Positions 29,095 to 38,623 of a stretch of 64,000 nucleotides of DNA are shown here, piece after piece; the first letter of the stretch is position 1; each line of letters begins with the position of its first letter. Below the pieces are notes generated by a model. It did not search any database and was not told the origin of the DNA. It was given only the letters and a program-made list of their open reading frames with translations. Source of the stretch: a virus (Duplodnaviria > Caudoviricetes); the IMG/VR virus record IMGVR_UViG_3300024309_000086, positions 2,398 to 66,397 of that record. One strand, 5' to 3'. The translations under genes were made by a program, and so were the position numbers.

Positions 29095-29446
29095 CTGGCA
29101 CCGTAATCTTGCTGGCATCCGACGGCGTGGCGCCCATCTGCCCGAGCATCTGGCGCAGCAGGTTCATCGCCTGCACGCCAACCTCCTGCCCGGCCATGAT
29201 GCGGCCCTGAATGTTCGCCGCCATGCCGACAAGCATGCGGTGCGACTCCGTCAGCCATGGAATTTCATGTTCAAACAGCAGCCAGGCAGACTTCGCCTTG
29301 TTCTCTGCTGTGTCCTTCAGCCAGATGGGCGGCTTGCCTAGAGGGCCTTTCGCTTCTGGCTCGGCGCGGCCTTTGAACCGCTGTGGATTCTTCTTGTCGC
29401 TGGCCTCGACAGCCGCTTTGGCTCGAGGCGTTCTCGGCCTCGCCAT
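29060..29446 (-). CDS. terS: Terminase small subunit
   Basis: MARPRTP...PPIWL...LGQMGATPSDASKI; directly upstream of terL. Confidence 0.8.
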   Translation of the reverse strand: MARPRTPRAKAAVEASDKKNPQRFKGRAEPEAKGPLGKPPIWLKDTAENKAKSAWLLFEHEIPWLTESHRMLVGMAANIQGRIMAGQEVGVQAMNLLRQMLGQMGATPSDASKITVPDAGEEKDDLLD

Positions 29447-29559
29447 GGCATGCTCTCCTGAATCGAGGGGTCATATTTTGAATTGTGGATGCGTGCGTTC
29501 TTGACCCGCGCCGGTCCTGCAGGCGGAAGGTCGTTCAAACCTCGACCACCCGCCCCCAC

Positions 29560-30429
29560 TTATCCGAACAGCAGCGTCTGCCCCATTGGAGTCGCACCCT
29601 TTGCGCCATTGCACTTTCGGCACGCACATTGAACGTTATCCAACGTGTGTGATCCGCCTAACGATATCGGCAGGATGTGATCTAGTTCTGGCGCTCGATC
29701 GTCGTACGTGCCTCTTAGCCTCTTAGGTGTAGACACGCCGCACAGTTTACAGCGCCATCCATCTCTGTCGAAGACGTAGAACGGATCGATATTGTCATTC
29801 GCTACGGATCTCATGCGCGCCTTGCGGCGCCATTTGACTTTTCTCCTATTGTGCTTGGCGGAACACTCATCGGAGCAAAACACCGCGGCGCCACGACCGT
29901 ACACAACTTCGAAAACCACATCGCACTCAGGGCACCTTCGTGGCGCAGGGTCGACTCCTCTCCGACGCCAGAAGGCTTGCCTTTGGCACCCTATCGAGCA
30001 GTACATGGCAGTAATATTGCCACCAACGAAACGTTGCCCGCACTGTACACACAAACATCGCGTTACCCTGAAACGGGCGCCCAGATCCAATGCGGATGAC
30101 CGAAGATCATTGTCGACAGGCGGAGAACGCCAGACGTTCGACTTTGCTTCGAAGCCGCACTTACGAGAACAAAAGCGGGCAGCGTTGTGGCTGTCCTTGC
30201 CGCGGCGGAACACTGTTCCACAGTACTCACATGTTCTCTCTGGCGCGGTCTCTCTTCGCCTCTTTAGTTCCTCAACCAGGTTGCGGCGCGATTTCTCATT
30301 CAGCCTCCGGCATTTGGCGCAACAGAACTTCTTGGATGGGTGACCGCTTACGTCTCCGCCGCAGGTTGGGCATTTACGTTCGGAATTATCATTGGCCGCA
30401 ATCGGCCCGAAAAGCTGGTGTATATCCAA
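29560..30429 (-). CDS. HNH endonuclease with multiple CxxC zinc motifs
   Basis: Several CxxC/FCS motifs; ELDHILPISLGGSHTLDNVQCACRKCN; TTG start. Confidence 0.85.
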   Translation of the reverse strand: MDIHQLFGPIAANDNSERKCPTCGGDVSGHPSKKFCCAKCRRLNEKSRRNLVEELKRRRETAPERTCEYCGTVFRRGKDSHNAARFCSRKCGFEAKSNVWRSPPVDNDLRSSALDLGARFRVTRCLCVQCGQRFVGGNITAMYCSIGCQRQAFWRRRGVDPAPRRCPECDVVFEVVYGRGAAVFCSDECSAKHNRRKVKWRRKARMRSVANDNIDPFYVFDRDGWRCKLCGVSTPKRLRGTYDDRAPELDHILPISLGGSHTLDNVQCACRKCNGAKGATPMGQTLLFG

Positions 30430-30517
30430 GGTCTCGACTCCTTGTCGACCTCATGAAGGCGGGTGAGCCGAAGCCCACCCGCTAACACACGCAAGAGGTC
30501 GAGAATTGCGCATGCCA

Positions 30518-30805
30518 TCAAATCGGCCAACCATCGGCCCCAAACGTCACCACCTTCTGCCCCAACTCCTCGCGCTGCTTCAGACGGCTGTGGCACGAGG
30601 CGCAAAGAGCCTGAAGCTCTCCATGCCAGAATAACTCTGGGTCGCCTCGATGTGGGATGACATGGTCTGCCGTGTCCGCCTGGGTGATCTCCTCACGCTC
30701 AAGGCATTTGACGCATAGAGGCTGCGCGGCGAACAGATCCTGCCTTCGGCGCTCCCATCTGGCCAGCTTGTACCAGCCCTTCCAGGGGCGTGTGTCTCTG
30801 GGCAT
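30518..30805 (-). CDS. Terminase-associated HNH endonuclease (HK97 gp74-like)
   Basis: PLCVKC...DHVIPHRGD...LCASCH. Confidence 0.88.
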   Translation of the reverse strand: MPRDTRPWKGWYKLARWERRRQDLFAAQPLCVKCLEREEITQADTADHVIPHRGDPELFWHGELQALCASCHSRLKQREELGQKVVTFGADGWPI

Positions 30806-30820
30806 GGACCACCATGAATC

Positions 30821-30897
30821 TGGTCAGTGTGGCAGGAATTGAACCTGCGACCCCGTGAGCCCAAGTCACGTGCGCTACCAGGCTGCGCTACACACTG
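30821..30897 (-). tRNA. tRNA-Pro (anticodon UGG), CCA encoded
   Basis: CAGTGTG acceptor stem, TAGCGCAGCCTGGTAGCGC D-arm, CGTGA-CTTGGGC-TCACG anticodon arm, GGTTCAATTCC T-loop, 3' CCA. Confidence 0.96.
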
Positions 30898-31629
30898 GAT
30901 AAGCGCACCACGAACGCCCGGTGCCGGGAGGGCGCCGATGGCGCTGAAACAAAAGCGGCCGCTCGACACCGCCAAGCGGTGGAGCAGCCGCACGATCGCC
31001 GCGCAGCGAGAGGAGGCGCGCGCAGCAATGGGGAATGAATGTGGGCCGTCGAGAGCGTCTGCCGTGGCATTATCTCAACCTGTGCCGGGCGGCCCTTCCG
31101 AGCACGCCAACCTCATGAGTAAGGCAGCCACCGCAGGACCGAGACCGGTCAACGAGGCGATGTCGCGGGTCAGACCCTAGAACTGCCAATGAGGTGGCGA
31201 GAGAAACAGTCCGGCCTCAGTGACCGATGTCCCGCACTCGCTGTCGCCCAACGGAATGCCGCGTCCAAGCCGCTAGCATCGAGCCGTGAGTGGGCAATGA
31301 AAAGACAAGAGGCGCCGTTGCGACACCGGAGAAAACCGGCCCACTGCCGCGTTGATCCTCTTGTCGAGAGCAAGGAACGGCCAGCGCGCGCCGTAGCTGG
31401 AGCGGGCCTTCTCAGTGTGTGCAAAACCAAGCCTTGCCTATTTCGCGAAAACCCATTGGGGCTTCCACCCCTGCAAACGCGGCCATGCGGCTCGCGTCGG
31501 CAGGTGGGATAGTTACCCGTCGCTCAGCGGCTGCAACCAGTGCAGCATGTCAACGGGGCGCCCGCAGGCGCGTGGATTTGGGAAGCATTGCTATCCCTTC
31601 AATTAGTACGCACCCACGCGCCACGATTT

Positions 31630-32601
31630 TTATGCGGCTCTCAATTTTTTTCCTCTGTCGATCGAGACCAGGATTTCCGCAAGGTCGATGAGCGCGGCCT
31701 TGCCAGCCTCGAGAGCATCCGCCTCACTGAAGCCCAACCGCAGGCCGATCGACTTGAGGTTTCCGCGTGCAGCCACCTCGTCGATGATACCGGCTGCGTC
31801 GCTGCCTCGCTCCTCTGGCGCTTCCCACATGACGGCGCCGCTAGACGAGTTTCCCGACGGGCTGGCAACTCCACCAAGGAAGCCAGCGCCATCGGCAACG
31901 GCGACCGGACAGAACGTGACAGCGACAGGAAGTTGATCTGCAGGCGTTCCGCCGTCCACATTGAGGCTTTCGAGAAGCGCTCGCCCTGCGGCCACGCCCG
32001 GCTGCGGGTCATACATAGGCGGCAGTGCCTGCATACCGGAGAATGCGCGATGGCAGTGCGAAGCGTGCAACGGTGATGGTGTCGTGGCCTTCGTGCCGAG
32101 GTAGAGCCACGGCGTCCGTTCCTTGTTTGTCTTCTTCTCGGTGCTGCGTGCGCGATCCGTCGGCTTGAGCTTCTTGCCTTTCTTCGTCACGCCCCACTCG
32201 GTCAGACGGCCATGAAGGAATTTCAGGCTACCGATCTCTACGCGGTCCTTGCCGTGATATGTCGATGGCAGGAGATTGCCGTCCTTGTCGTGCACTGCCT
32301 TCACTAGCTCGCCTATTGTCGGGCGGATCTCCTGTCGCGTCGGCTCCACGTCAACGAACCAGTTGGCGGGAGGGCGAGGAAGGGCGGCAGCAAGCGCAGG
32401 AGCAAGATCTGGATGGTTGTCGTACAGCCAGCGCAGGGCTGGGAGCGTGCCGCGGTAGCGCGGGTTCTGTGGCTTGTTGTCGTTCGCTGCCTTCGGCGGC
32501 TTCGGTGGTGTAGACAGGGCGGCGCTTAGCTGCTCCGCCAGTGATCCTCGTCTGCTCAAGCAAGCCTCCTCTTTCCGGTAGCGCACGGTTGGTTTCCGCA
32601 C
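31630..32601 (-). CDS. Hypothetical protein (possible late regulator)
   Basis: Long ORF directly under promoter copy 2; the true start may be an internal TTG after AGAGGAGG. Confidence 0.7.
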   Translation of the reverse strand: MRKPTVRYRKEEACLSRRGSLAEQLSAALSTPPKPPKAANDNKPQNPRYRGTLPALRWLYDNHPDLAPALAAALPRPPANWFVDVEPTRQEIRPTIGELVKAVHDKDGNLLPSTYHGKDRVEIGSLKFLHGRLTEWGVTKKGKKLKPTDRARSTEKKTNKERTPWLYLGTKATTPSPLHASHCHRAFSGMQALPPMYDPQPGVAAGRALLESLNVDGGTPADQLPVAVTFCPVAVADGAGFLGGVASPSGNSSSGAVMWEAPEERGSDAAGIIDEVAARGNLKSIGLRLGFSEADALEAGKAALIDLAEILVSIDRGKKLRAA

Positions 32602-32607
32602 GGTCTA

Positions 32608-32636
32608 AAGTTAGTACATTTTTACAATTTTGTCAA
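32608..32636 (-). promoter_or_regulatory. Repeated phage promoter/operator, copy 2
   Basis: TTGACA-AAATTGTAAAAATGTAC(17)-TAACTT. Confidence 0.82.
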
Positions 32637-33127
32637 GATGCCGCATTGTCGTTATCAGCCAGCCAGCCGCGCACAAGCGCCACGGCCTTGATGGCGGCCT
32701 CTTCGGTGGTGGTGAACCGCAGCACCTCGACGTGGTGCCCGAGTCGCGCTAGTGCGGCGTGCCGCTCGACCTGGGCGGGCGACAGGCGACCATTGCCGAC
32801 CTTGTTTTCGATCATGCGCAGTCGGCCGCCAGCAAGGTACACGCGCACGTCGGCCTCGCCTGGCGTCATGCCGGCCGCAATCGCCTCCTGCTGGGCACGC
32901 GGCCCGCGCTTGGCTGAATTCTGGTCGCCAGCAAGGAGGAACAGCTTGCCGTACTCAGGAAGGGTGCGCAGGGCGCGCACCTGTGCCGCCTGCCCTTCCC
33001 ACTCCTTCGGCGGTGCCTGCTTGATCGTAACCTTGCCGCCACGAGTGACGATGCGGACACGCTTGCCGTCGATGCGCGTGGTTTGTGTTTGGCTGGTCGT
33101 CTCTGCGCTTGTTTTTGCTTTCTTCAT
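32633..33127 (-). CDS. VRR-NUC domain nuclease
   Basis: GMTPGEADV...IENKVGNGRLSPAQ. Confidence 0.85.
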   Translation of the reverse strand: MKKAKTSAETTSQTQTTRIDGKRVRIVTRGGKVTIKQAPPKEWEGQAAQVRALRTLPEYGKLFLLAGDQNSAKRGPRAQQEAIAAGMTPGEADVRVYLAGGRLRMIENKVGNGRLSPAQVERHAALARLGHHVEVLRFTTTEEAAIKAVALVRGWLADNDNAAS

Positions 33128-33243
33128 TTTTTCTCCGTCAGCACCCAGACAACACACCCCTTTCTAAAGAAAGGGGGTGTATGTATGGGGTAGGATGCTC
33201 GGGTTGATGTATGTATTGTCTGGTAGATGTATGGGTGTATGGC

Positions 33244-35391
33244 TTATGTGGCCCAAACCCATATTCCGACCTCCGACACCTTGCCGGATTTCATGAGGGC
33301 CTTCTTTACTCTCACGAACGTTGCTTGCTTGGTTGGCTGCAAAACATCGGAGCCGAGCGAATCGTAGAATGCCTGTCGCCACGCATCCTCGGGAACAATT
33401 TTCCCGGCTTCAGGCATCCCAGACGTGCCGGGCGAATCCTCTCCGTCCTCCATCATGTCTAGCAGTATCGCGAGGGCTCTATCTCGGTGCGTCTTCGCCT
33501 CCGCAAGCGCCTCTCCTGGGCTACCTCCGTCCGCCTTCACCACCACAGGCGCAGTGGTTGGCTCTCCTTCCTCGTTGTGGCCGATCGTGACGGATTGCAT
33601 GGTGAAGGCCAGCACCTCGCCCTCCTCGCCGTCGTTCGTTCCGTCACACACGAGCTTGTGCCGGCTCCCATCCTTCTTGACCATGAAGCTGGCATCCACC
33701 GCACCGTCGAGATCGATCGCGCCCTTGCCTCGCTCGCCGCTCCAGGCGCTGTGGTGGATCGCCGTGACGTGCGCGCCGGTCTCCGTGATGATAAGGTCGC
33801 ACGACCTGACAAAGCGCACCATGTCCTTGCTGGCGTTCTGGTCGCCAGCACCAAAGACGCGGGTCAGGGTATCTATGATGACCCAGACACATTTGTGCCC
33901 TGTGATGGTCTCAGCCTCTCGGATGACTCCAATTATCGCCTCCGCATCCTTTTCGTCGCGCGTGAAGTCCAGCATCCCGCCAACCACCAGCAAGGGAACG
34001 TCGTGCACGTCATGGTGTTTGCGGAAGGCCATCATGCGGCGCTCGGTCAACTTCTTGCGCTCGGCTGCCACATAGACCACCAGGCCCTGCCTGACGGGCA
34101 GCCCGTGCCAATCCATGCCAGCGGCAATGTGGCAGGCAAGGTCCGTCGTCACGACACTCTTACCTGTGCCAGGCAGTCCGGATATTGTCGTGAATTCCCC
34201 GACCCCAAGCCAGTTCTTGAGGATGGTCTCTTTCGGCTTGCCTTCCTCGATCTCGTCGAACCACGTCAGTTCGAACCGTTCGCGCTTCTTCGGCTGTGCA
34301 GGTGGCTGTGCTGCTGGCGTGGTGTCCTGCGCTGTTTCCGACACGGAGTTGTTGCTGGTTGTGGCCGTCTTGGCCTTCGCCTTGTCGACCAGCGCCTTGA
34401 TCGACTCCGGGTCTATCGGTGCGGTGTTGTCGTTATCGTGCTCACGCTCAGGGATCTGCCTCGGCGAACTTGCCGTCTTATCGAGGCCACGCCGTATCTT
34501 GTCCCAGCACTTCCGCTCCCCGTCTGTCCCGACGAGGCCGTTGGATACCGCGGCGTCAAACAATCCCGCTTCCGCCTCTGATCGCGAGATGAGACGGGCG
34601 GCCACGAGCTCGCCGATCGAACACGCGCTCGCGAACAGTTGCTGCCCGCGCTGACCTTTCGGCGCCCCGGACAGCTTGTCCATCTCCATCTCGAAAGCGC
34701 GCGAGGCATACCGCTCCGCTCCCGTGTTCGTCTCCGGCTGATAGGTGTATTCGCGCTTCGTTGTGGTGACAGGTTCCGGCGTTTTCGGAAGGACCAACTC
34801 AAGGAGCCAAGCTGGCGCCTCAGCGAAGTCAGGCATATCTGGGCCCTGATGGTCTATCCACTCGTAGCGCCGGCCGTCGGACATGACGCTGCCGGGCGCC
34901 AGGATATAGCCGCCGTCCCCGCGGGTGTCCACGCCCGGACCAAGGGCTGCACGGTTTCGCACACCAGGATGATGTGCGAAGAAGATGTGCGTGCCGCCGT
35001 TCGCCGTGCTTGCTCTGGCGGTTTCGGGCAACTTGCCGTGCTTCTCCTCCATCGCGGCAAGCCACAGATGCCCGTCTCGGTCGCCGTGCCTGTCCAGGTC
35101 CAGAACCCATCCGCCAAGTTTCTCGCCAGTGGGCACTCCAATGGCCGCCGTGGGATGGCGATCGCCGAACCATATGTCGATGATACGACGTGACGTCGTC
35201 GCGTCCTTAAGGCCGTGCGTCGTCAGCGGCGTCTTCTCGTCGAAGTCGACGATCTCGCCAGTCGTGTAGTCAATTCCCTCCCCGCCTCGTTCGCGACATG
35301 GGAAAACGGCTATGCCCGCTGCGATATACGAGCGGGCAACGTCCAGGGGCGTCATTTCAAATGACGGTAGCTTGAAGTTCAGTTTTGCCAT
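33244..35391 (-). CDS. Primase-polymerase / AAA helicase fusion
   Basis: AVFPC, VLDLD, GTHIFF, DTRGDGGYI (Prim-Pol); GLPGTGKS, IIDTL, HHSAW (RepA-like AAA). Confidence 0.9.
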   Translation of the reverse strand: MAKLNFKLPSFEMTPLDVARSYIAAGIAVFPCRERGGEGIDYTTGEIVDFDEKTPLTTHGLKDATTSRRIIDIWFGDRHPTAAIGVPTGEKLGGWVLDLDRHGDRDGHLWLAAMEEKHGKLPETARASTANGGTHIFFAHHPGVRNRAALGPGVDTRGDGGYILAPGSVMSDGRRYEWIDHQGPDMPDFAEAPAWLLELVLPKTPEPVTTTKREYTYQPETNTGAERYASRAFEMEMDKLSGAPKGQRGQQLFASACSIGELVAARLISRSEAEAGLFDAAVSNGLVGTDGERKCWDKIRRGLDKTASSPRQIPEREHDNDNTAPIDPESIKALVDKAKAKTATTSNNSVSETAQDTTPAAQPPAQPKKRERFELTWFDEIEEGKPKETILKNWLGVGEFTTISGLPGTGKSVVTTDLACHIAAGMDWHGLPVRQGLVVYVAAERKKLTERRMMAFRKHHDVHDVPLLVVGGMLDFTRDEKDAEAIIGVIREAETITGHKCVWVIIDTLTRVFGAGDQNASKDMVRFVRSCDLIITETGAHVTAIHHSAWSGERGKGAIDLDGAVDASFMVKKDGSRHKLVCDGTNDGEEGEVLAFTMQSVTIGHNEEGEPTTAPVVVKADGGSPGEALAEAKTHRDRALAILLDMMEDGEDSPGTSGMPEAGKIVPEDAWRQAFYDSLGSDVLQPTKQATFVRVKKALMKSGKVSEVGIWVWAT

Positions 35392-35969
35392 TGGGTGGCC
35401 GGCCTCCCGTCGATGTGCGAATTGATGAACTGGATCGCGTCTGTCGGGCATATCGCGAACCACTCGCCGTTGCGGCGGTGTGGGTGAAAATGCAGATGCG
35501 CGGCCTGCTCGACCGCGCGCGCCTCTGGAGAATGCCTTGTGAACTCGAGGCGCAAGTTGTGCGGGCTCGCTGTCGATAGCTGCTTGAGGCGCTTCTCCGG
35601 CGAGTTGGCTATGCCGACCTTGCAGAGGGGGTTAGGGCCAAGTGTGGATATGACGTAGACATATCTGTCGCCCGGCCTAGCCGTCGTTGGCATCCCGATC
35701 TTGCCGTCACCTTCAGCCTCGATTTCGATCTGTCGCCATGCGGCAGGATGTATTTCGCAGCCTATGAACTCAGTGGCGTCCTGGATGTTTGGTAGGTCCA
35801 TCGACATTACCGCCGTGCGATATGCCTTCACGCCTGCTCGCTCAATGGCCTTGTCGCGGTGCTGCAGGAACATTTCGACGGATCTTCCGCACTCCGTCCT
35901 TAGCCGCAAGAGGCTACCCAGGACGCCAATACGTTCGAGATAGGCCTCCGAGATTATGCATTTTTCCAT
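35379..35969 (-). CDS. T5orf172/GIY-YIG-like domain protein
   Basis: YVYVI...CKVGIANSPEKRLKQL...RNGEWF. Confidence 0.8.
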   Translation of the reverse strand: MEKCIISEAYLERIGVLGSLLRLRTECGRSVEMFLQHRDKAIERAGVKAYRTAVMSMDLPNIQDATEFIGCEIHPAAWRQIEIEAEGDGKIGMPTTARPGDRYVYVISTLGPNPLCKVGIANSPEKRLKQLSTASPHNLRLEFTRHSPEARAVEQAAHLHFHPHRRNGEWFAICPTDAIQFINSHIDGRPATQWQN

Positions 35970-36099
35970 CACAATCCTCTCGCCGCGGCGTAAGACAGGG
36001 CTGTTTTGAGTGGGGTCATGCTGCACTCCAAAAAAAGTTCTTGCTAATTAGGACCAATGGCCCTATAGATAATTCACCAACACCACAGAGGAGACTTAC

Positions 36100-36327
36100 A
36101 TGAGCCCCGAAATTGCCGCCCTTATTGCCCGCCGCCTCGCTGCTACGAAGCAGTTCGAAGTCGTCACTCTCTTCGCAGACGGCACCAGCCGGAAGTTTGA
36201 GACCGAGACGCGCGGTCAGGCGGAAAACTATGCCGTCGGAGAGAAGCGCAAGGTCGGCAAAGTGCTGAAGAACCGCGACACTGGCGCCGAGGTTCGCGTC
36301 ATTGATGTCTATGTGGCTGCGCTCTAA
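36100..36327 (+). CDS. Hypothetical protein
   Basis: GAGGAGAC RBS; TTGCTA-17-TATAGA promoter upstream. Confidence 0.7.
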   Translation: MSPEIAALIARRLAATKQFEVVTLFADGTSRKFETETRGQAENYAVGEKRKVGKVLKNRDTGAEVRVIDVYVAAL

Positions 36328-36339
36328 GGAACGACACCA

Positions 36340-36561
36340 ATGATCAACATCCCCGGCCCCCGCAAAGAACGCAGCAACGACGACGCTCGTCGCGGCATCC
36401 CGATGTCTGCGCCCGAAGTGCGTTGGGTCATCGACCAGCTTGAAGCACAGAACCCCAACAAGAACGCACGCAGACGGTTGGCGGAACTTGCGCTCGACCG
36501 CCCGAACATCACGCCCGAAGGCAAGGACGTCTACCGCGAGTATCTGGCGCTGTTGAAATGA
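36340..36561 (+). CDS. Hypothetical protein
   Basis: AAGGAA RBS; second gene of the divergent cassette. Confidence 0.6.
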   Translation: MINIPGPRKERSNDDARRGIPMSAPEVRWVIDQLEAQNPNKNARRRLAELALDRPNITPEGKDVYREYLALLK

Positions 36562-36752
36562 CGGCTGCTGATTTGGAATCCCGTTGCACGGCGCTCTTCG
36601 GCCCTCACTGGCAAACGGCTTTCGCGCGCCACAGTGGTGTGGACGCGCGAACCGTCCGTCGATGGAAGGCCGGCGATCGCGAAATACCGACATGGGTTCC
36701 AGTGCTGCTTCACGCATGGGAACGGCTGCGGGCTGCGGGGTTGGATTGGTGA
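36558..36752 (+). CDS. Small HTH protein
   Basis: TAFARHSGVDARTVRRWKAG helix-turn-helix pattern. Confidence 0.7.
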   Translation: MTAADLESRCTALFGPHWQTAFARHSGVDARTVRRWKAGDREIPTWVPVLLHAWERLRAAGLDW

Positions 36753-38482
36753 TTGTCGTTCGCTGCATCCAACTCGGCCGCGATCTCTTCCACCATCTGG
36801 ATCCTCCTGCCGATCCACCGCACCGAGTTGACTGGCCAGCTATTGCCGAGGCCCTTGTACATTGGCCCATCTGCCAGCGGCTTGCCGTTATGGATCACCT
36901 GCGAAAGGTAATCGTCGGGGAAGCCTTGAAGTCTGGCGCATTCGACGGGAGTGAGGCGGCGGACGGCCCAGTCAGACTGCACCGCCTGCACTTCCGCTCG
37001 AGCCTCCAGCGTATAAGCAACGTCTGCCTGAACACCTACACCGTCGGGACCGCTTGCTGGATTTGCACGCAGCGCGCCAGCCTGGATGGCGTGAACCAGG
37101 ACATCGCCACCCCGCGCGGATGGCGCTCCACCTTGTGTCGTTACGGCTTGTGCATACTGTGCCTCTCTGGCGTTGTAGTCCTTATTCGAGTTGGAAGGCG
37201 TGATGTTGTAGCCGACTGGCGCCAACACATGCGGCTTGTCCCCGCCGCCTTGGCTGGCACGCAGCGCATGGGCAACATCGTCGCCCATCTCGATTGTGCC
37301 GCCATCTTCACGACCGCGAATGGCAACGGATACAGGTACAATCGGCGTACCCCTACCCGTCCCATCCTCAGACGCATCGAAGCCCTCACCTTTCAGTGTG
37401 TGCGCGACAAGCAAACCTTCACGGCTCTCGTTGTCGCCGTAGGGGTTGCGAGTGATTGCCGGCGCAATTGTGCTCGCGACAAGGCCAGCGGCTTCCGGGA
37501 AGCCGCTGTGTGCATCTCCGTTGCTGGTTAGGGTGTCGGCGACCGGCCCAGCAACAAACGTTTCCACCTCGAAATCGATGCGCTGCCCCTTAGCGGTCAG
37601 GCAGGCAGCAACGTCGATGCTGCCTGCCGTGTTGCCTCCACCGAAGGCTTGCGCCGGAACCAACCCACCATCTAGTTCGAAGTCGGTTCCAAGTCCGCCA
37701 CCGCCTTGAGTGCGCGCGCTAAGAGTTGGGGCAGGCTTTTGCCCCGCTTTACGGCTCGGCGCAGGATTCCCAGACATGCTTTCGGGCTCAAGTAGTACCG
37801 CTGCGGCACGTCGCCAGTCTCCAAGATATCCGACAACGAACACACGCCGTCGTCGCTGAGGGACTGCTCGTTCAAAGCCGTCCACTCGGACGTACTGAGC
37901 GTCAATAACCCGGTAGGCAACACCATACCCGAGTTCTGAAAGTCCGGCCAGGAAGCAGGAGAAAGCATGGCTTTCGTCTGCTTCGTATTCGTCAGAGACC
38001 ACGACCTCTTCCCCGTCTCCGGGTCCGTCACCGCCATCCAGCTCGATTTCCGGCGGACGCGGATCGGGAGAGACGTGGGTAGCGCTGGAAAGGATGCCGG
38101 GGACGTTCTCGAAGAGAACCCACTCGGGGCGATACTTGTCAACGATTGCAAGGAATGTGAGTGAGAGGTTCCCTCGAGGGTCATTAAGGCCTTCGCGAAG
38201 TCCCGCGACCGAAAACGCCTGACAGGGAGTTCCGCCGCAAACAAGGTCAATTGGTTCGCTTCCGTCTTTGCCATAGTCGGGCCACTCCTTGAATTTCGTC
38301 ATGTCGCCGTGGTTTGGAACATCGGGATAGTGATGCGCAAGCACTGAGCAAGGCGCGGGTTCGATCTCGCTGAAGGCAACGGCCTTCCAGCCAAGCGGCT
38401 TGAAAGCTACGCTGGCGGCCTCGATGCCTGAGCAAATCGAGATGAAGCGCTTGCCTTGGCGGTTGTCATTATCGTGATGCAT
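36710..38482 (-). CDS. DNA cytosine-5 methyltransferase
   Basis: CSGIEA (I), GGTPCQ (IV), ENV (VI), QRRRRVF (VIII), RRLTPVECARLQGFPD (IX), GNSW (X). Confidence 0.95.
   Translation of the reverse strand: MHHDNDNRQGKRFISICSGIEAASVAFKPLGWKAVAFSEIEPAPCSVLAHHYPDVPNHGDMTKFKEWPDYGKDGSEPIDLVCGGTPCQAFSVAGLREGLNDPRGNLSLTFLAIVDKYRPEWVLFENVPGILSSATHVSPDPRPPEIELDGGDGPGDGEEVVVSDEYEADESHAFSCFLAGLSELGYGVAYRVIDAQYVRVDGFERAVPQRRRRVFVVGYLGDWRRAAAVLLEPESMSGNPAPSRKAGQKPAPTLSARTQGGGGLGTDFELDGGLVPAQAFGGGNTAGSIDVAACLTAKGQRIDFEVETFVAGPVADTLTSNGDAHSGFPEAAGLVASTIAPAITRNPYGDNESREGLLVAHTLKGEGFDASEDGTGRGTPIVPVSVAIRGREDGGTIEMGDDVAHALRASQGGGDKPHVLAPVGYNITPSNSNKDYNAREAQYAQAVTTQGGAPSARGGDVLVHAIQAGALRANPASGPDGVGVQADVAYTLEARAEVQAVQSDWAVRRLTPVECARLQGFPDDYLSQVIHNGKPLADGPMYKGLGNSWPVNSVRWIGRRIQMVEEIAAELDAANDNHQSNPAARSRSHA
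37672..38274 (-). CDS. Nested out-of-frame ORF inside the C5 methyltransferase (possible second subunit)
   Basis: 200 aa open frame, AAGGAG RBS, QLTLF at the N-terminus, SLSDILE...VPQRYYLSPKACLGILRRA at the C-terminus. Confidence 0.65.
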   Translation of the reverse strand: MAKTEANQLTLFAAELPVRRFRSRDFAKALMTLEGTSHSHSLQSLTSIAPSGFSSRTSPASFPALPTSLPIRVRRKSSWMAVTDPETGKRSWSLTNTKQTKAMLSPASWPDFQNSGMVLPTGLLTLSTSEWTALNEQSLSDDGVCSLSDILETGDVPQRYYLSPKACLGILRRAVKRGKSLPQLLARALKAVADLEPTSN

Positions 38483-38623
38483 GTCGCCTGCTCCTCTCCA
38501 TCGCTCCGGCGAGCGAGTTGTCCGGCTCATTTTCCTGTTCTGCCCACTTGCGACAGTTGTGTCGGTGCCATTGGTCAACCGCAATCAGGCCGGCTATTCC
38601 GGCTGCTAGGATGATCCAGTCCA

